From Candidatus Multivoradales bacterium (GTDB lineage: Bacteria > Acidobacteriota > Thermoanaerobaculia > Multivoradales > Multivoraceae): 64,000 nucleotides of DNA. This document shows positions 36,254-46,249 of the stretch, one piece after another. Each line of letters begins with the position of its first letter. The stretch's first letter is position 1. Position numbers and translations under genes: made by a program. Under the pieces are notes generated by a model, which made no database searches, was not told where the DNA came from, and worked only from the letters and a program-made list of their open reading frames with translations. The stretch is from positions 32,001 to 96,000 of the forward strand of contig CBDCWI010000001.1 of the NCBI GenBank assembly GCA_965223325.1, read 5' to 3'.

Positions 36254-38677
36254 CTACTCGGTGAGCGCGACCGTCTCGGCTGCCCATTCGAGAGACAACT
36301 CGCCTCCCTCTACGGTCACCTCGATCGACCCCGCCACGTCTGCTGGTCTGTGGATCAGGATATCGGAGATGGCGTCTTGGATGTGGCGTTGAATGGTTCT
36401 CCGCAGGGGTCGGGCGCCGGTCGAAGGGTCGATGCCGGCGCGATCGAGCAGCCACTCGCGGACTTCGTCGTCGATCGACACCTGCAGTTCCTTCTCGATG
36501 AGCGTCAAGTTGACGTCGTCGATCAGAAGGTCGACGATCTTGCGCAGTTCCTCGCGCCCCAGCGGGTTGAAGACGATCACGTCGTCGATGCGGTTGATGA
36601 ACTCCGGGCTGAAGGACTTCTTGAGCTGGCCGAGGATCTCCTCCTCGATGCCTCGGAAGCTCGCCTCGGCGGAATCGTCGCCGAAGCCCATACGGCCGCC
36701 GCGGAGCACGATCGTGCTGCCCAGGTTCGAAGTCATCAAGAGCAGGGTGTTGCGAAAGTCGACCCGGTTGCCCCATGAGTCCGTCAGCATCCCATCTTCG
36801 AGAATCTGCAGGAGTAGATTCGCGACGTCGTGATGTGCCTTCTCGATTTCGTCGAAAAGTACCAATGAATACGGCTGGCGCCGCACCCGCTCGGTGAGCT
36901 GCCCGCCCTCCTCGTGACCGACGTAGCCCGGAGGCGACCCGATCAGTTTGGAGATCGCGTGCTTCTCCATGTACTCACTCATATCGAAACGCACGAGAGC
37001 GTCCTGGGTTCCGAACAGGAACTCGGCGAGACGACGCGCGACCTCCGTTTTGCCGACACCGCTGGGGCCGAGGAAGATGAAGGATCCGGCGGGGCGCGCC
37101 GGGTCGGCGACGCCGAGGCGCGAGCGGCGGATGGCGCGACTGATGGCAGCGATCGCGCGCTCCTGACCAACCACCCGTTGGCGCAAGGTGTCTTCCATGC
37201 CCATCAAGCGCTTGGCCTCGTCGCCGTGAAGGGTGGCGATCGGGATTCCAGTCCAGGAGGCGACGACGTCCTCGATGTCGCGAACTCCGACATCGAGCCG
37301 ATCTTCGCCCTCGAACGCAACGCTCATGCGCTCGAGGTCCTCGCGCAGCTCGATCTCGCGTTCTCGCAGGTAGACCGCGCGCTCGAAGTCTTTATCTGAG
37401 ATCGCCGACTTCATGTCTTTGACGACCTGGCGGATCTCCTGCTCGAGCCGGCGCAGGTTCTGGGTGTCGCGCACCCGCCGCAGCTTGACCTTGGCACCGG
37501 CCTCGTCGATCACGTCGATGGCTTTGTCCGGCTGGTAACGGTCGGTGATGTAGCGGCTCGACTGGTAGATCGCCGCACGCAGCGCTTCGGGGCTGTACTG
37601 AACACGGTGGAATGACTCGTAGCGTTCCTTCAGCCCTTCGAGGATCTCGAGCGTCTCTTCATTCGACGGTGGATCGACCTGAATCGCCTGGAAGCGACGC
37701 AGGAGTGATCGGTCTTTCTCGATGTACTTGCGGTATTCCTTGAGGGTGGTGGCACCAATGCACGAAATCTCGCCGCGCGAAAGGGTCGGCTTCAGGATGT
37801 TTGCGGCATCAAGCGACCCCTCGGCCGAGCCGGCACCGATCAGCGAGTGAATCTCGTCGATGAAGACGATCAGCTCGCGGCTTTCTTTGAGTTCCTTGAG
37901 GATTCCCTTGAGGCGTTCCTCGAACTGGCCCCGGTACTTGGTACCCGCGACCACTAACGAGAGATCGAGCGCAATGACGCGTTTTTGGGACAGGAAGATC
38001 GGTACCCGCCCCTCAGCGATGCGTTGCGCTAGTCCCTCGACGATAGCGGTCTTGCCGACGCCCGGCTCACCAAGCAGAATCGGATTGTTCTTGGTGCGCC
38101 GCGAGAGAATCTGTGTAATGCGCTCGACCTCGGCTTCGCGGCCGATCAGCGGGTCGAAGACACCCTGGCCGGCGAGCGTCGTGAGGTCGCGACCGAATTC
38201 GGTGAGGAACGGGAGCTCCTTCTTCTGCTGGGAAGCTTCGCGTTCCTTGGCAATCGAGAGGACTTCCTCGCGCACCGTATAAACGTCGAAGCCGTACTGA
38301 GCCAGGATACGCATCGCCAGCGCTCCTTCGACCCGCAGAATGCCAATGAGCAGGTGTTCGGAACCTACCGAGGAGTGCAGCATGCTCTCGGCCTCGTGCG
38401 AGGCGTAGGCGAGGATCTTCTTCGACTCTTCCGAGAGCGGCAGCTCAGCAGTCGACGAAATCCGCTCGACGAACACCCGCTCGCCTTCGATCTCTCGGCG
38501 CACTTCGTCTGGCTTGACGTGAAAGTGCCGAAACAAGTCGGTTACTGTTTCTTCGCCTTCACGCAGAATGCCTAGCAGAACATGTTCCGACTCAATGACC
38601 CGACTGCCGAGTTTCGACGCCTCGTAGCGCGCGAAGAAGAGCGCCCGCCGTGCCTTTTCGTTGTATTTCTCGAACAT
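36254..38677 (-). CDS. clpC: ClpC-like ATP-dependent Clp protease ATPase
   Basis: Clp-N repeats, [11 protein letters not shown]-like middle domain, [11 protein letters not shown] loop. Confidence 0.92.
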   Translation of the reverse strand: MFEKYNEKARRALFFARYEASKLGSRVIESEHVLLGILREGEETVTDLFRHFHVKPDEVRREIEGERVFVERISSTAELPLSEESKKILAYASHEAESMLHSSVGSEHLLIGILRVEGALAMRILAQYGFDVYTVREEVLSIAKEREASQQKKELPFLTEFGRDLTTLAGQGVFDPLIGREAEVERITQILSRRTKNNPILLGEPGVGKTAIVEGLAQRIAEGRVPIFLSQKRVIALDLSLVVAGTKYRGQFEERLKGILKELKESRELIVFIDEIHSLIGAGSAEGSLDAANILKPTLSRGEISCIGATTLKEYRKYIEKDRSLLRRFQAIQVDPPSNEETLEILEGLKERYESFHRVQYSPEALRAAIYQSSRYITDRYQPDKAIDVIDEAGAKVKLRRVRDTQNLRRLEQEIRQVVKDMKSAISDKDFERAVYLREREIELREDLERMSVAFEGEDRLDVGVRDIEDVVASWTGIPIATLHGDEAKRLMGMEDTLRQRVVGQERAIAAISRAIRRSRLGVADPARPAGSFIFLGPSGVGKTEVARRLAEFLFGTQDALVRFDMSEYMEKHAISKLIGSPPGYVGHEEGGQLTERVRRQPYSLVLFDEIEKAHHDVANLLLQILEDGMLTDSWGNRVDFRNTLLLMTSNLGSTIVLRGGRMGFGDDSAEASFRGIEEEILGQLKKSFSPEFINRIDDVIVFNPLGREELRKIVDLLIDDVNLTLIEKELQVSIDDEVREWLLDRAGIDPSTGARPLRRTIQRHIQDAISDILIHRPADVAGSIEVTVEGGELSLEWAAETVALTE

Positions 38678-38770
38678 TTGTCGTCGTCACCCTTGTTCCA
38701 CGGCAAGCGGAGAACGGTCGTTTGCCCGAACCCTCTGCCGCTCCGGTCGCTCAGTCGCCACCTGCCCGGG

Positions 38771-39484
38771 TCACATCTCGAGAGCTGCAGAACCCTTGTT
38801 TTGTGGGCTCCAACGCTCGATCTGGCCCGCCCTGAGAGCGCGGATTTTAGCACAGCGGTTGGCAACGGCCGGGTTGTGTGTCACCAGAACCAGGGTCACG
38901 GCGAGGCGCTCGCGGAGCTCGAAGAGCAGGTCGAGCACGACTTCGCCGCTCTCCTTGTCCAGGTTGCCAGTCGGTTCGTCGGCGAGCAAGAGCGGCGGCT
39001 CGAGAAGCAGGGCGCGGCACAGCGCCACCCGTTGGCGTTCGCCGCCGGAGAGCTGATTCGGGAAGTGATCGAGGCGATCGCTGAGACCGACCTGAGAGAG
39101 GAGATCGCGGGAGCGCTCGGCAAGCGCCTCGAGATCACCGCCGCGGATCCGCCCCGGCATGAGAGTGTTCTCGAACGCCGTAAAGTCGGGCAGTAGCTGA
39201 TGAAACTGAAAAACGAAGCCGATCGTCTGGTTGCGGAAGTCGGCCAGCTCGCGGGTCGACAGCGGACCGAGATCGCGACCGGCGACCGAAACCTCGCCGG
39301 TGTCGGGGCGTTCCAGACCACCCAGAATGTGAAGCAACGTCGACTTGCCGGAACCCGACGGGCCAACGATCGCCAGCGCCTCACCGGCCGCGACGTCGAG
39401 GTCAATGCCCTCGAGAACCACCGTCGTGCGCTCGCCGTCACGAAACGACTTGCGCACTCCCCGCGCGCGAACGCTGGCACTCAT
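38771..39484 (-). CDS. lolD: Lipoprotein-release ABC ATPase
   Basis: GPSGSGKST, GFVFQFHQL, LSGGE, DEPTGNLD. Confidence 0.88.
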   Translation of the reverse strand: MSASVRARGVRKSFRDGERTTVVLEGIDLDVAAGEALAIVGPSGSGKSTLLHILGGLERPDTGEVSVAGRDLGPLSTRELADFRNQTIGFVFQFHQLLPDFTAFENTLMPGRIRGGDLEALAERSRDLLSQVGLSDRLDHFPNQLSGGERQRVALCRALLLEPPLLLADEPTGNLDKESGEVVLDLLFELRERLAVTLVLVTHNPAVANRCAKIRALRAGQIERWSPQNKGSAALEM

Positions 39485-40686
39485 GAGCGAATCGCTTCGA
39501 TCGGAGCCACTTGCGACGCGCGTCGTCCCACCCACACCGACGCCAACCCCGAGAGAACGAGAGTGACCACCATGACGATCAAGACGTCGACAGGCCGCAC
39601 AAGGAGCGGAAGCCGTTCGACGATGAAGACACCTGGCGGCAGGGAGATCACTTCGAAGCGATCGAGCAGATAGGAAATCGACGTTCCGAGCAGCGCGCCG
39701 CCAACCGTCCCGATCGCCGCCACCATCAGGCCAAGCCCGAGAAAGGTCGCACGGATGCTGGCCGGTCGGGCGCCCATCGCAGAGAGCGCACCGACCTCGC
39801 CACGTTTGCTCGCCAGAATGAGCGCCAGGGCCGCAACCAGGCCGAGCGAGGCGACCACCACAATCAGAAACACGGCGGTGAAAACCAACGTCTTCTCCAT
39901 GCGCAGAATGAACGACAGGCCGCTCTCGAGGTCTCGCCAGGTCATCACGCGGGCGACCAGGTCGTTTCCACCGGACTCGCGCAGCTCTTTCGCGAGCTCG
40001 AAAGGATCGGTTCCCGGCGCCACCTCGACATCGACACGCAACTCGCCGCCGGAGAGGAGCGATGCACCCAGCGATAGCGGCAGGCCGACACGCTCGACCT
40101 CTCCCTCGGCGCGCCCTTCCTGCCAGGTTCCGACAACCGTCAACTGACGATGGGTCGGGATGGCACGGCCAAGGGGGGTGAGGGTCGGTTTGGGGGTCAC
40201 CAGACGAAGCCGGCTGCCGACCGGCAGCGCCCAGGCACGCGCACGGCGTGTCCCGATCCAGACTCCCTCCTGGGGGTCCGGTGCTGGGGTCGTGCGGCCC
40301 GCTCGCTGCGGCGTGGAGGCCTCAGGAAACCAGCGCGGACGGTGCTCGGCCCAGGCGACCAGCTGGACGGGCAGATGCCCCGACCCGTCGACCAGCCAAC
40401 CGTGCCCGTAGCGCAAGACCTGGGCGTTCGCCACCCCGGGCCGCCCCCCGAGCCAGGCGGCGACCTTCGCCGGGTCGGCATCGGCTTGCGGCTCGACCTG
40501 GAGGGTGGGCGTGCGCGCCAACATGTCAGCCAGCAGACTGGCCTGGAAACCAGACAAAACTGCCATTGCGATCACCAGGGCGGCGACGCCGAGCGTCAAG
40601 CCAATGATTGCCATGCGCGACAGGCTGCTGATCATCGCGTCAGAGCGCGTCGACCGCAGGTAGCGCCGGGCAACCGTCGCCCACAT
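39481..40686 (-). CDS. LolC/E-family ABC permease
   Basis: ARRYLRS, LGVAAL..AMAVLSGF, four TMs, P.EAIR; start approximate. Confidence 0.85.
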   Translation of the reverse strand: MWATVARRYLRSTRSDAMISSLSRMAIIGLTLGVAALVIAMAVLSGFQASLLADMLARTPTLQVEPQADADPAKVAAWLGGRPGVANAQVLRYGHGWLVDGSGHLPVQLVAWAEHRPRWFPEASTPQRAGRTTPAPDPQEGVWIGTRRARAWALPVGSRLRLVTPKPTLTPLGRAIPTHRQLTVVGTWQEGRAEGEVERVGLPLSLGASLLSGGELRVDVEVAPGTDPFELAKELRESGGNDLVARVMTWRDLESGLSFILRMEKTLVFTAVFLIVVVASLGLVAALALILASKRGEVGALSAMGARPASIRATFLGLGLMVAAIGTVGGALLGTSISYLLDRFEVISLPPGVFIVERLPLLVRPVDVLIVMVVTLVLSGLASVWVGRRASQVAPIEAIRS

Positions 40687-40711
40687 CGGCAGGGCTCTCA
40701 ACGCGCGCACC

Positions 40712-41614
40712 TCACCGCGGCGACAGCTCACTGGCCAGGAGCCCACCGAGCAGCGCCGCCACCTGGCCGGCGGCGCGCTTGCCGACCTCGAGGACGTCGG
40801 CATGCGCGAGGACCTCCGGGACCACACCGGCCGCGTGATTGGTGGCCAGAGAAACGCCGAGTACCGACATGCCGCGGTGGCGTGCTGCGATCGCTTCGAG
40901 CACCGTCGACATACCAACCAGGTCGGCCCCCATGGCGCGAAGCATGCGAATCTCGGCCGGGGTCTCATAGCTCGGCCCGAGGAGCCCGGCGTAGACCCCA
41001 TCGTGGAGCTCGACGCCGATCTCGGAGGCAACCTGGCGGGCGCGCGCACGAAGCGATTCGGGATACGTGCTCCCCATATCGGGGAACCGGGGTCCCCAGT
41101 GCGCGGGCGGTGACCCTGCGAGCGGATTGCGCCCGGTCAGGTTGAGGTGATCGCGCAGCAAGAAAAGGTCACCCGGCGAGGCGTCAGGGTCGATACAGCC
41201 CGAAGCGTTGGAGAGAATCAAGGTCCGCGCACCGAGTTCGGCCGCCAGGCGTACTGGAAAGACCACCTGCGGGGCACTGAACCCCTGGTAGGCGTGCAGG
41301 CGGCCGCGGTAGTAGAGGGTCACCGGTCCGTCGTCGACCTTGAGGAGCTCAGCGCTCAGCCGATGCCCCTCGATCGCCTCGGCTTTGAATGGCAAGAGAT
41401 CGGCAAATGGAATCGGGTCTGCCAGAGGGCGACCGAGCGCCACCGAAAGCCCCGAGCCCGCCACCACCGCCACCTGAGGCTCGGGAAGCCCGTCGGCCCG
41501 CCAGCGGTCTGCGACCACGCGAAGCGCGTCGCCGTAGTGTTCGGGGAACTGACCTTCGGGGACCTCGGGCTGCTCGAGGCCCGCGCCCAGAGTCGCACTG
41601 GTTTCTCTGTTCAT
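40712..41614 (-). CDS. Purine nucleoside phosphorylase
   Basis: GSGL, GRLH.Y.G, GPSYETPAE, VGMSTV.E. Confidence 0.93.
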   Translation of the reverse strand: MNRETSATLGAGLEQPEVPEGQFPEHYGDALRVVADRWRADGLPEPQVAVVAGSGLSVALGRPLADPIPFADLLPFKAEAIEGHRLSAELLKVDDGPVTLYYRGRLHAYQGFSAPQVVFPVRLAAELGARTLILSNASGCIDPDASPGDLFLLRDHLNLTGRNPLAGSPPAHWGPRFPDMGSTYPESLRARARQVASEIGVELHDGVYAGLLGPSYETPAEIRMLRAMGADLVGMSTVLEAIAARHRGMSVLGVSLATNHAAGVVPEVLAHADVLEVGKRAAGQVAALLGGLLASELSPR

Positions 41615-41684
41615 GCGCAGACTCTACAGATTCGGCCTGGCTCCTGCCGCTTCAGAGCGCCGTCGTAGCCGCCCCGGCACCTCG

Positions 41685-42075
41685 CCAGGCCCCGTTTCCG
41701 CAGCCCCTGGCACCCCGGCAGCACCGCACATCGCCAGGCCCCGTTTCCGCAGTCCCTGGCACCCCGGCAGCACCTCGACGTCGTAGCCGCTGCCGCAAGC
41801 CAGCAGTCGCCACACCCGCGCTGCCGGGACGCTCCCTCAGCCCCCGCACAACGCCGTTTCCGCAGCCCCTGGCACCCGCTTCCGCAGTCCCTGGCACCGC
41901 TGCCGCGATCCAGTCCCTGGCACCCCGGCAGCACCTCGACGTCGTAGCCGCTGCCGCAAGCCAGCAGTCGCCACACCCGCGCTGCCGGGACGCTCCCTCA
42001 GCCCCCGCACAACGCCGTTTCCGCAGCCCCTGGCACCCGCTTCCGCAGTCCCTGGCACCGCTGCCGCGATCCAGA
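41685..42075. repeat. Composite repeat: two 161-bp copies, seven AG(C/T)CCCTGGCACC motifs
   Basis: Copies start at 41750 and 41911. Confidence 0.9.
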
Positions 42076-42129
42076 AGTCGCCACCCGCGCTGCGGACCGC
42101 TCCCTCAGCCCCTAGCCGAGCGCTGTTTC

Positions 42130-43956
42130 CTACCCGAAGGCAAGTAACCAGAGGCCAGAATGATCCCGAAGCAGCCGCATGCGGTGGTACTGGAGAGTCT
42201 GCGCTTCGCTGAACTCTGCATCTTCGAGTGCACTGCCGATGAAGTGAGAGAACCGATGCTGGAAGAGGTCTGCCAGGCGAACTGTCGCGCGGGCGCGCTC
42301 GAAAACCGATTGATCCAGGTGGACGCCCTGGTCGACCAGACCGACGATCTCCTCCGCCTCGGCACTGATGCGCATCCTGATCGCCGCCACTTCGAGCAGG
42401 AACTGCTCGAGATCGCCGCCCTGGAAGGCAGGATGGTGGAGGCGCCTGAAGGCCACCACGTCACGCGGCATCAGCCGCAGGCGACGTACCTCTGGCGTAG
42501 CGCATACGAGGCTCGGCGCTGAATCCCAGTCGGTGTCGTCGAGCAGCTGCAGAATGACCCGCAGGGAGTCGCCGAGCACCTCGGCATAGCGAGTTCGAAT
42601 ACGGAGCTTCTCGACCGGCCGATCCCCCCCGATATAGAGCGAGTCGGCGTGCCGGGCGATTTCCCCGGACGGAAGCGGAGACGAGGCACCGGTTGGGATG
42701 GCCGGCAATGAGCCCATGCCGGTGATCGACCGGCTGGCCGTCTCTTCGCGGCCCCTCGACGGCGCGGCATCGTCTTCGCCCCATGGTTCTTCGGGCGACT
42801 GGGTCGCGGGCGGTGCTGGGTCAGGCTGATGATCGAGGCCCTGGCTTTCCTGGAGTTCGAGGAACTCGTTCGCGGGATTGACCGGGTCCTTCGCGGTGCT
42901 GTCGAGGTTGAACCCCGGCACCCTGGTTGAGTCGACGGCCGTTTGCTCGCCTGTGACGGTCGCACCCGTGCGCCGCAGCCGCGGAATCAGGTCGCGCACG
43001 CGGTTGCGAATGAAGGCGAGTTCTTCGAGCCGGACGTTGTTGTTGCCCAGGTGATCCTCGAAACGCTCGATCTCGTCGCGGAAGCGCTGGAGGTCCTCGT
43101 CGAGAGCACGATCAAGTGAGGGCGCACCGCGCTCCAACTCGAACACTTCTTGATACTCGGCAGCGATCCTACGCTCTTCACTCTGGTAGAGCGTGGCGAC
43201 CTTCTCCCGGAAACGCAGGTTCGCCTCGATGACACGCTGGGCGACCTCGGGGACGAGCATGTTCGGCCCCAGGGCGCGTTTCAGGCTGCGGTACTCATCG
43301 ACCAACTGACACTCGTTAAGTTCGTCGAGAGTCTGGATCTCGCGAAGACGTCGGCTGATCGACTCGACCTGTTCGCGGTGCTCGAGAAGCGACTCTTCCG
43401 GTGGAAGCTCCCGCCCGGTCAAGGCCCAGAGGCCCCGCAGCGCATCGCGCAGCTGACTGGGATCGCGCTCGAGGAGCGCGACGCTCTCCTCGCGCATCTC
43501 TTCACCAAACTTGGTCAAAAGGAAGTCAACCTTGTCGAGGCGCTCCTGCCCTTCCTCGTTGCCTTCGGAGAGGACGTCGTGGTGCACATAGAAGCGGAGA
43601 ATCTGCACCAGAATCTTGCGATCGTAGTGCTGCACGCGACCAAAGAAGTTGCGCAAAAGGCCAGCACCTACTCTGCTATCTTCCTCGAGCAGAGCCTCAT
43701 CCCTGACATTCAGAGTGGTCTCGATTCGACTCAACTCACCCTCGACCTGGTCCGTGCTGGTGGTATCGAGGTTGCGCGACACGGCCTTGAGACCGTGGTA
43801 GAGCATCTTGAAGTCCAGTTCCTTCTGCCCCACCGGGGCCTGAGGAAAGACCTTGTGGATACCTTCGAGGAACTGGCGAAACGTCCAAGACGCCTTGAAT
43901 CGGTCTGAGAGCTGGATGTAGCGCCGATGCAGGCGACTGAGATCGTGAACCGTCAT
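42130..43956 (-). CDS. Hypothetical helical/coiled-coil protein with disordered middle
   Basis: Long ORF, start MTVHDLS; no family recognised. Confidence 0.75.
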   Translation of the reverse strand: MTVHDLSRLHRRYIQLSDRFKASWTFRQFLEGIHKVFPQAPVGQKELDFKMLYHGLKAVSRNLDTTSTDQVEGELSRIETTLNVRDEALLEEDSRVGAGLLRNFFGRVQHYDRKILVQILRFYVHHDVLSEGNEEGQERLDKVDFLLTKFGEEMREESVALLERDPSQLRDALRGLWALTGRELPPEESLLEHREQVESISRRLREIQTLDELNECQLVDEYRSLKRALGPNMLVPEVAQRVIEANLRFREKVATLYQSEERRIAAEYQEVFELERGAPSLDRALDEDLQRFRDEIERFEDHLGNNNVRLEELAFIRNRVRDLIPRLRRTGATVTGEQTAVDSTRVPGFNLDSTAKDPVNPANEFLELQESQGLDHQPDPAPPATQSPEEPWGEDDAAPSRGREETASRSITGMGSLPAIPTGASSPLPSGEIARHADSLYIGGDRPVEKLRIRTRYAEVLGDSLRVILQLLDDTDWDSAPSLVCATPEVRRLRLMPRDVVAFRRLHHPAFQGGDLEQFLLEVAAIRMRISAEAEEIVGLVDQGVHLDQSVFERARATVRLADLFQHRFSHFIGSALEDAEFSEAQTLQYHRMRLLRDHSGLWLLAFG

Positions 43957-44015
43957 CGATCGATACCCGTGAAGTACCGGCAACCAGCAGAACGTAGGCA
44001 AATCGAGCAGCGAAC

Positions 44016-44558
44016 ATGACCACACCCACGGCCCAGGAACTCCCCGCCCAGCCGCCCGAACTCATCGGCGAGGTGGCGCTGCAGAAGCGCATCGCCGAAC
44101 TCGCCGGAGAGATAACCGCTGACTACCGGCATGCCGAAGAGTTCCTTTGCATCGGTATTCTCAAGGGTTCAGTGTTCTTCATGGTGGATCTTCTAAAGCA
44201 GGTCCCGCTCGACCTCGCTCTCGACTTCTTTCAGACCTCGAGCTACCGCTCGGGCAAGGTTCCCGGAGAGGTCCGGATTCGCAAAGATGTCGACTTCTCG
44301 GTCAGGGGTCGTGACGTTCTCCTGGTCGAGGACATCGTCGACACGGGCCACACCCTGAAGACCGTCATGGCGCTACTCGAGTTTCGCGGCGCCCGCTCGG
44401 TGAAGCTGTGTACGTTGTTGGACAAGACGGCTGCTCGGGAGGTAGAAGTGCCGATTCACTACACGGGGTTCGAAATCGAGAATCGGTTCGTGGTGGGGTA
44501 CGGGCTGGACTACGACGAGCGCTACCGGAACCTCCCCTACATCGGAGTTCTGGACTGA
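44016..44558 (+). CDS. hpt: Hypoxanthine phosphoribosyltransferase
   Basis: LLVEDIVDTG.TL, FVVGYGLDY.E.YRNLPYI. Confidence 0.96.
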   Translation: MTTPTAQELPAQPPELIGEVALQKRIAELAGEITADYRHAEEFLCIGILKGSVFFMVDLLKQVPLDLALDFFQTSSYRSGKVPGEVRIRKDVDFSVRGRDVLLVEDIVDTGHTLKTVMALLEFRGARSVKLCTLLDKTAAREVEVPIHYTGFEIENRFVVGYGLDYDERYRNLPYIGVLD

Positions 44559-44849
44559 GGGATGCGCCAGACTCTTCGCCTCCGGCACGTTCAACCGAAG
44601 GCCAGACAGTCGAGAGAGGGCGAGAGCACGCCTTGGGCGAATGCCCGAGGGTGGGACCGGCTCTTCGCCGGTTTCTCGGAATTCTATGCAATAAAGTGAC
44701 TTGCGGTCCACCAGAGTCGTTTCGGCTGCGGTCTTACTCCCCAGGCGGTCCACCCCCGCCCGCCGCGCTCCCGCGGCGCGACTACCGCGGTGCCGCTACT
44801 ACCGCGGTGCCAGGGACTCCGGCGAGCGCGTTGGACGGGTGCCGCCGCC

Positions 44850-45599
44850 TCAGCCGGGCGGCTCGGCGTCCTCCGGGGTAGCGGCGGGCGGCCGCTCCCA
44901 GACTGCGGGGAGAACCGGCCGTCCGGTCAGGTTCTCGACCAACATGAAGATCAGGTCGTCCTCGCCCGTTCCCAGTTGCCTGGTCAGCTCTGCGATGACT
45001 CCCTCGAGGCCTCGCACGAGGTCGGCGAACCCAAAGCGCCACGCTCCGTTTTCGTAACGGAAGCGATACTCCAGTCCTTCGACCGCTGCAGGCGCAGCCA
45101 CCGAGTCGTTGGGCGCCGTCGACCCCGTCATCGCTGGGGCGGAGGCGACCGTCCCCTCGACAGTGACCGCGCCCATCTCGAGCCGATCGACACTGGCCGC
45201 CGCAACCCATCCGGAGGCGATCGCCGTCTCAAGGAGGCCTGAGAGCTCCATCGATGAAATCTTCGCGGCGTCAATCTCGTGGCGAAGGCTCACCACCAGC
45301 AGCCGCTCTATGAAGGACCGCTCGCGGAGGGTCGCTGCGTCGGCCTCGAGCGCCAGCGTTCGTAGTTCGTGCCAGTAGTCGTGGGTCGCTTGGTCGACCA
45401 GAGCCGCCGCGGTGGTGGAATCCCCCTCCGACAAGGCGGTGCGATAGGCCTCGAACACCTGTCGGATCGCCTGCAAGCTCTCGGCGCCGGGCGTCCCAGG
45501 TTGGCCGGGAGTTGGCACAGACTCAGTCGCCTGCGCCTGGAGACACGGCCCTGCGGCGGCCGCCATCAGGGCGACCGCGCCCACGATTGTTGCCCGGAC
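44850..45599 (-). CDS. Secreted hypothetical protein (possible NTF2-like); start uncertain
   Basis: Hydrophobic signal-like segment; YRTAL.EGD...AA...F..ENGAWRF. Confidence 0.6.
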   Translation of the reverse strand, partial: VRATIVGAVALMAAAAGPCLQAQATESVPTPGQPGTPGAESLQAIRQVFEAYRTALSEGDSTTAAALVDQATHDYWHELRTLALEADAATLRERSFIERLLVVSLRHEIDAAKISSMELSGLLETAIASGWVAAASVDRLEMGAVTVEGTVASAPAMTGSTAPNDSVAAPAAVEGLEYRFRYENGAWRFGFADLVRGLEGVIAELTRQLGTGEDDLIFMLVENLTGRPVLPAVWERPPAATPEDAEPPG

Positions 45600-45613
45600 A
45601 GAACCAGTACGTC

Positions 45614-46204
45614 TCACGATAGCTGGCCGCCGCGCAGGATCTTGTTGACGCTCTTGAAGGCAGGGTGGTTCTTGTCCCGGGCCCATTCGAAGGCGGCCGA
45701 CTCGTGGTTCGTCATGATCGCACCAGCCGCCTGCATCCTTTCGAGAGCCCACCGGCGGTATTCAGCTCCACGACCGGAGACCGCTTCCCAGCAGACATGA
45801 GGCGTACAGCCGTGCTCGATAAGACCAAGAACTGTCTGAACGACACAGACATGCGCCTCGATTCCGGCGACCACAACCTGCTGCTCTGCCAAAGGGACCG
45901 CGGGACGGGCACGACGCAAGGCGTCGAGGAAAGCCGGTTCCTCGCAGCAGCTGAAACTGTCCTTTTCCAACTTGAAGACTGCCGTCTCGAGCGCATCGAC
46001 CTGCGCGAGCAAGCATTCACAAGTCGGACCCAGGCCGGCTGGGTACTGCTCGGTGAGCACGACCGGCACCGAAAAGGCGTCTGCGAACTGAAGCAGGCGC
46101 TGGATCGAACTCATGGTCAGTTGGGGACGCTCGACGAGGTCGACGAGCTTGCCCTGCATGTCAATGACGACGACGATCGAGCGATCGATATCGAGAACCG
46201 TCAT
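45614..46204 (-). CDS. Isochorismatase-family hydrolase
   Basis: VIDMQ, TEQYP.GLG.T, GIEAHVCV.QT. Confidence 0.92.
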   Translation of the reverse strand: MTVLDIDRSIVVVIDMQGKLVDLVERPQLTMSSIQRLLQFADAFSVPVVLTEQYPAGLGPTCECLLAQVDALETAVFKLEKDSFSCCEEPAFLDALRRARPAVPLAEQQVVVAGIEAHVCVVQTVLGLIEHGCTPHVCWEAVSGRGAEYRRWALERMQAAGAIMTNHESAAFEWARDKNHPAFKSVNKILRGGQLS

Positions 46205-46249
46205 CTGGTGAACCTCCTTGGGTGGTGCAAGCCTAGGAATCTTGGCACC

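Noticed and set aside
36015-36776. 1106-aa BamA with long N-terminal extension
   Set aside because: The extension overlaps clpC in another frame and crosses a tandem repeat; the signal peptide and RBS lie at or after 36014
41685-42075. CRISPR-like repeat-spacer array
   Set aside because: Intervening sequences are duplicated and irregular in length; the conserved word is only ~13 bp
44559-44849. ncRNA or riboswitch after hpt
   Set aside because: Only an imperfect hairpin between convergent genes plus one palindrome copy; no recognisable family
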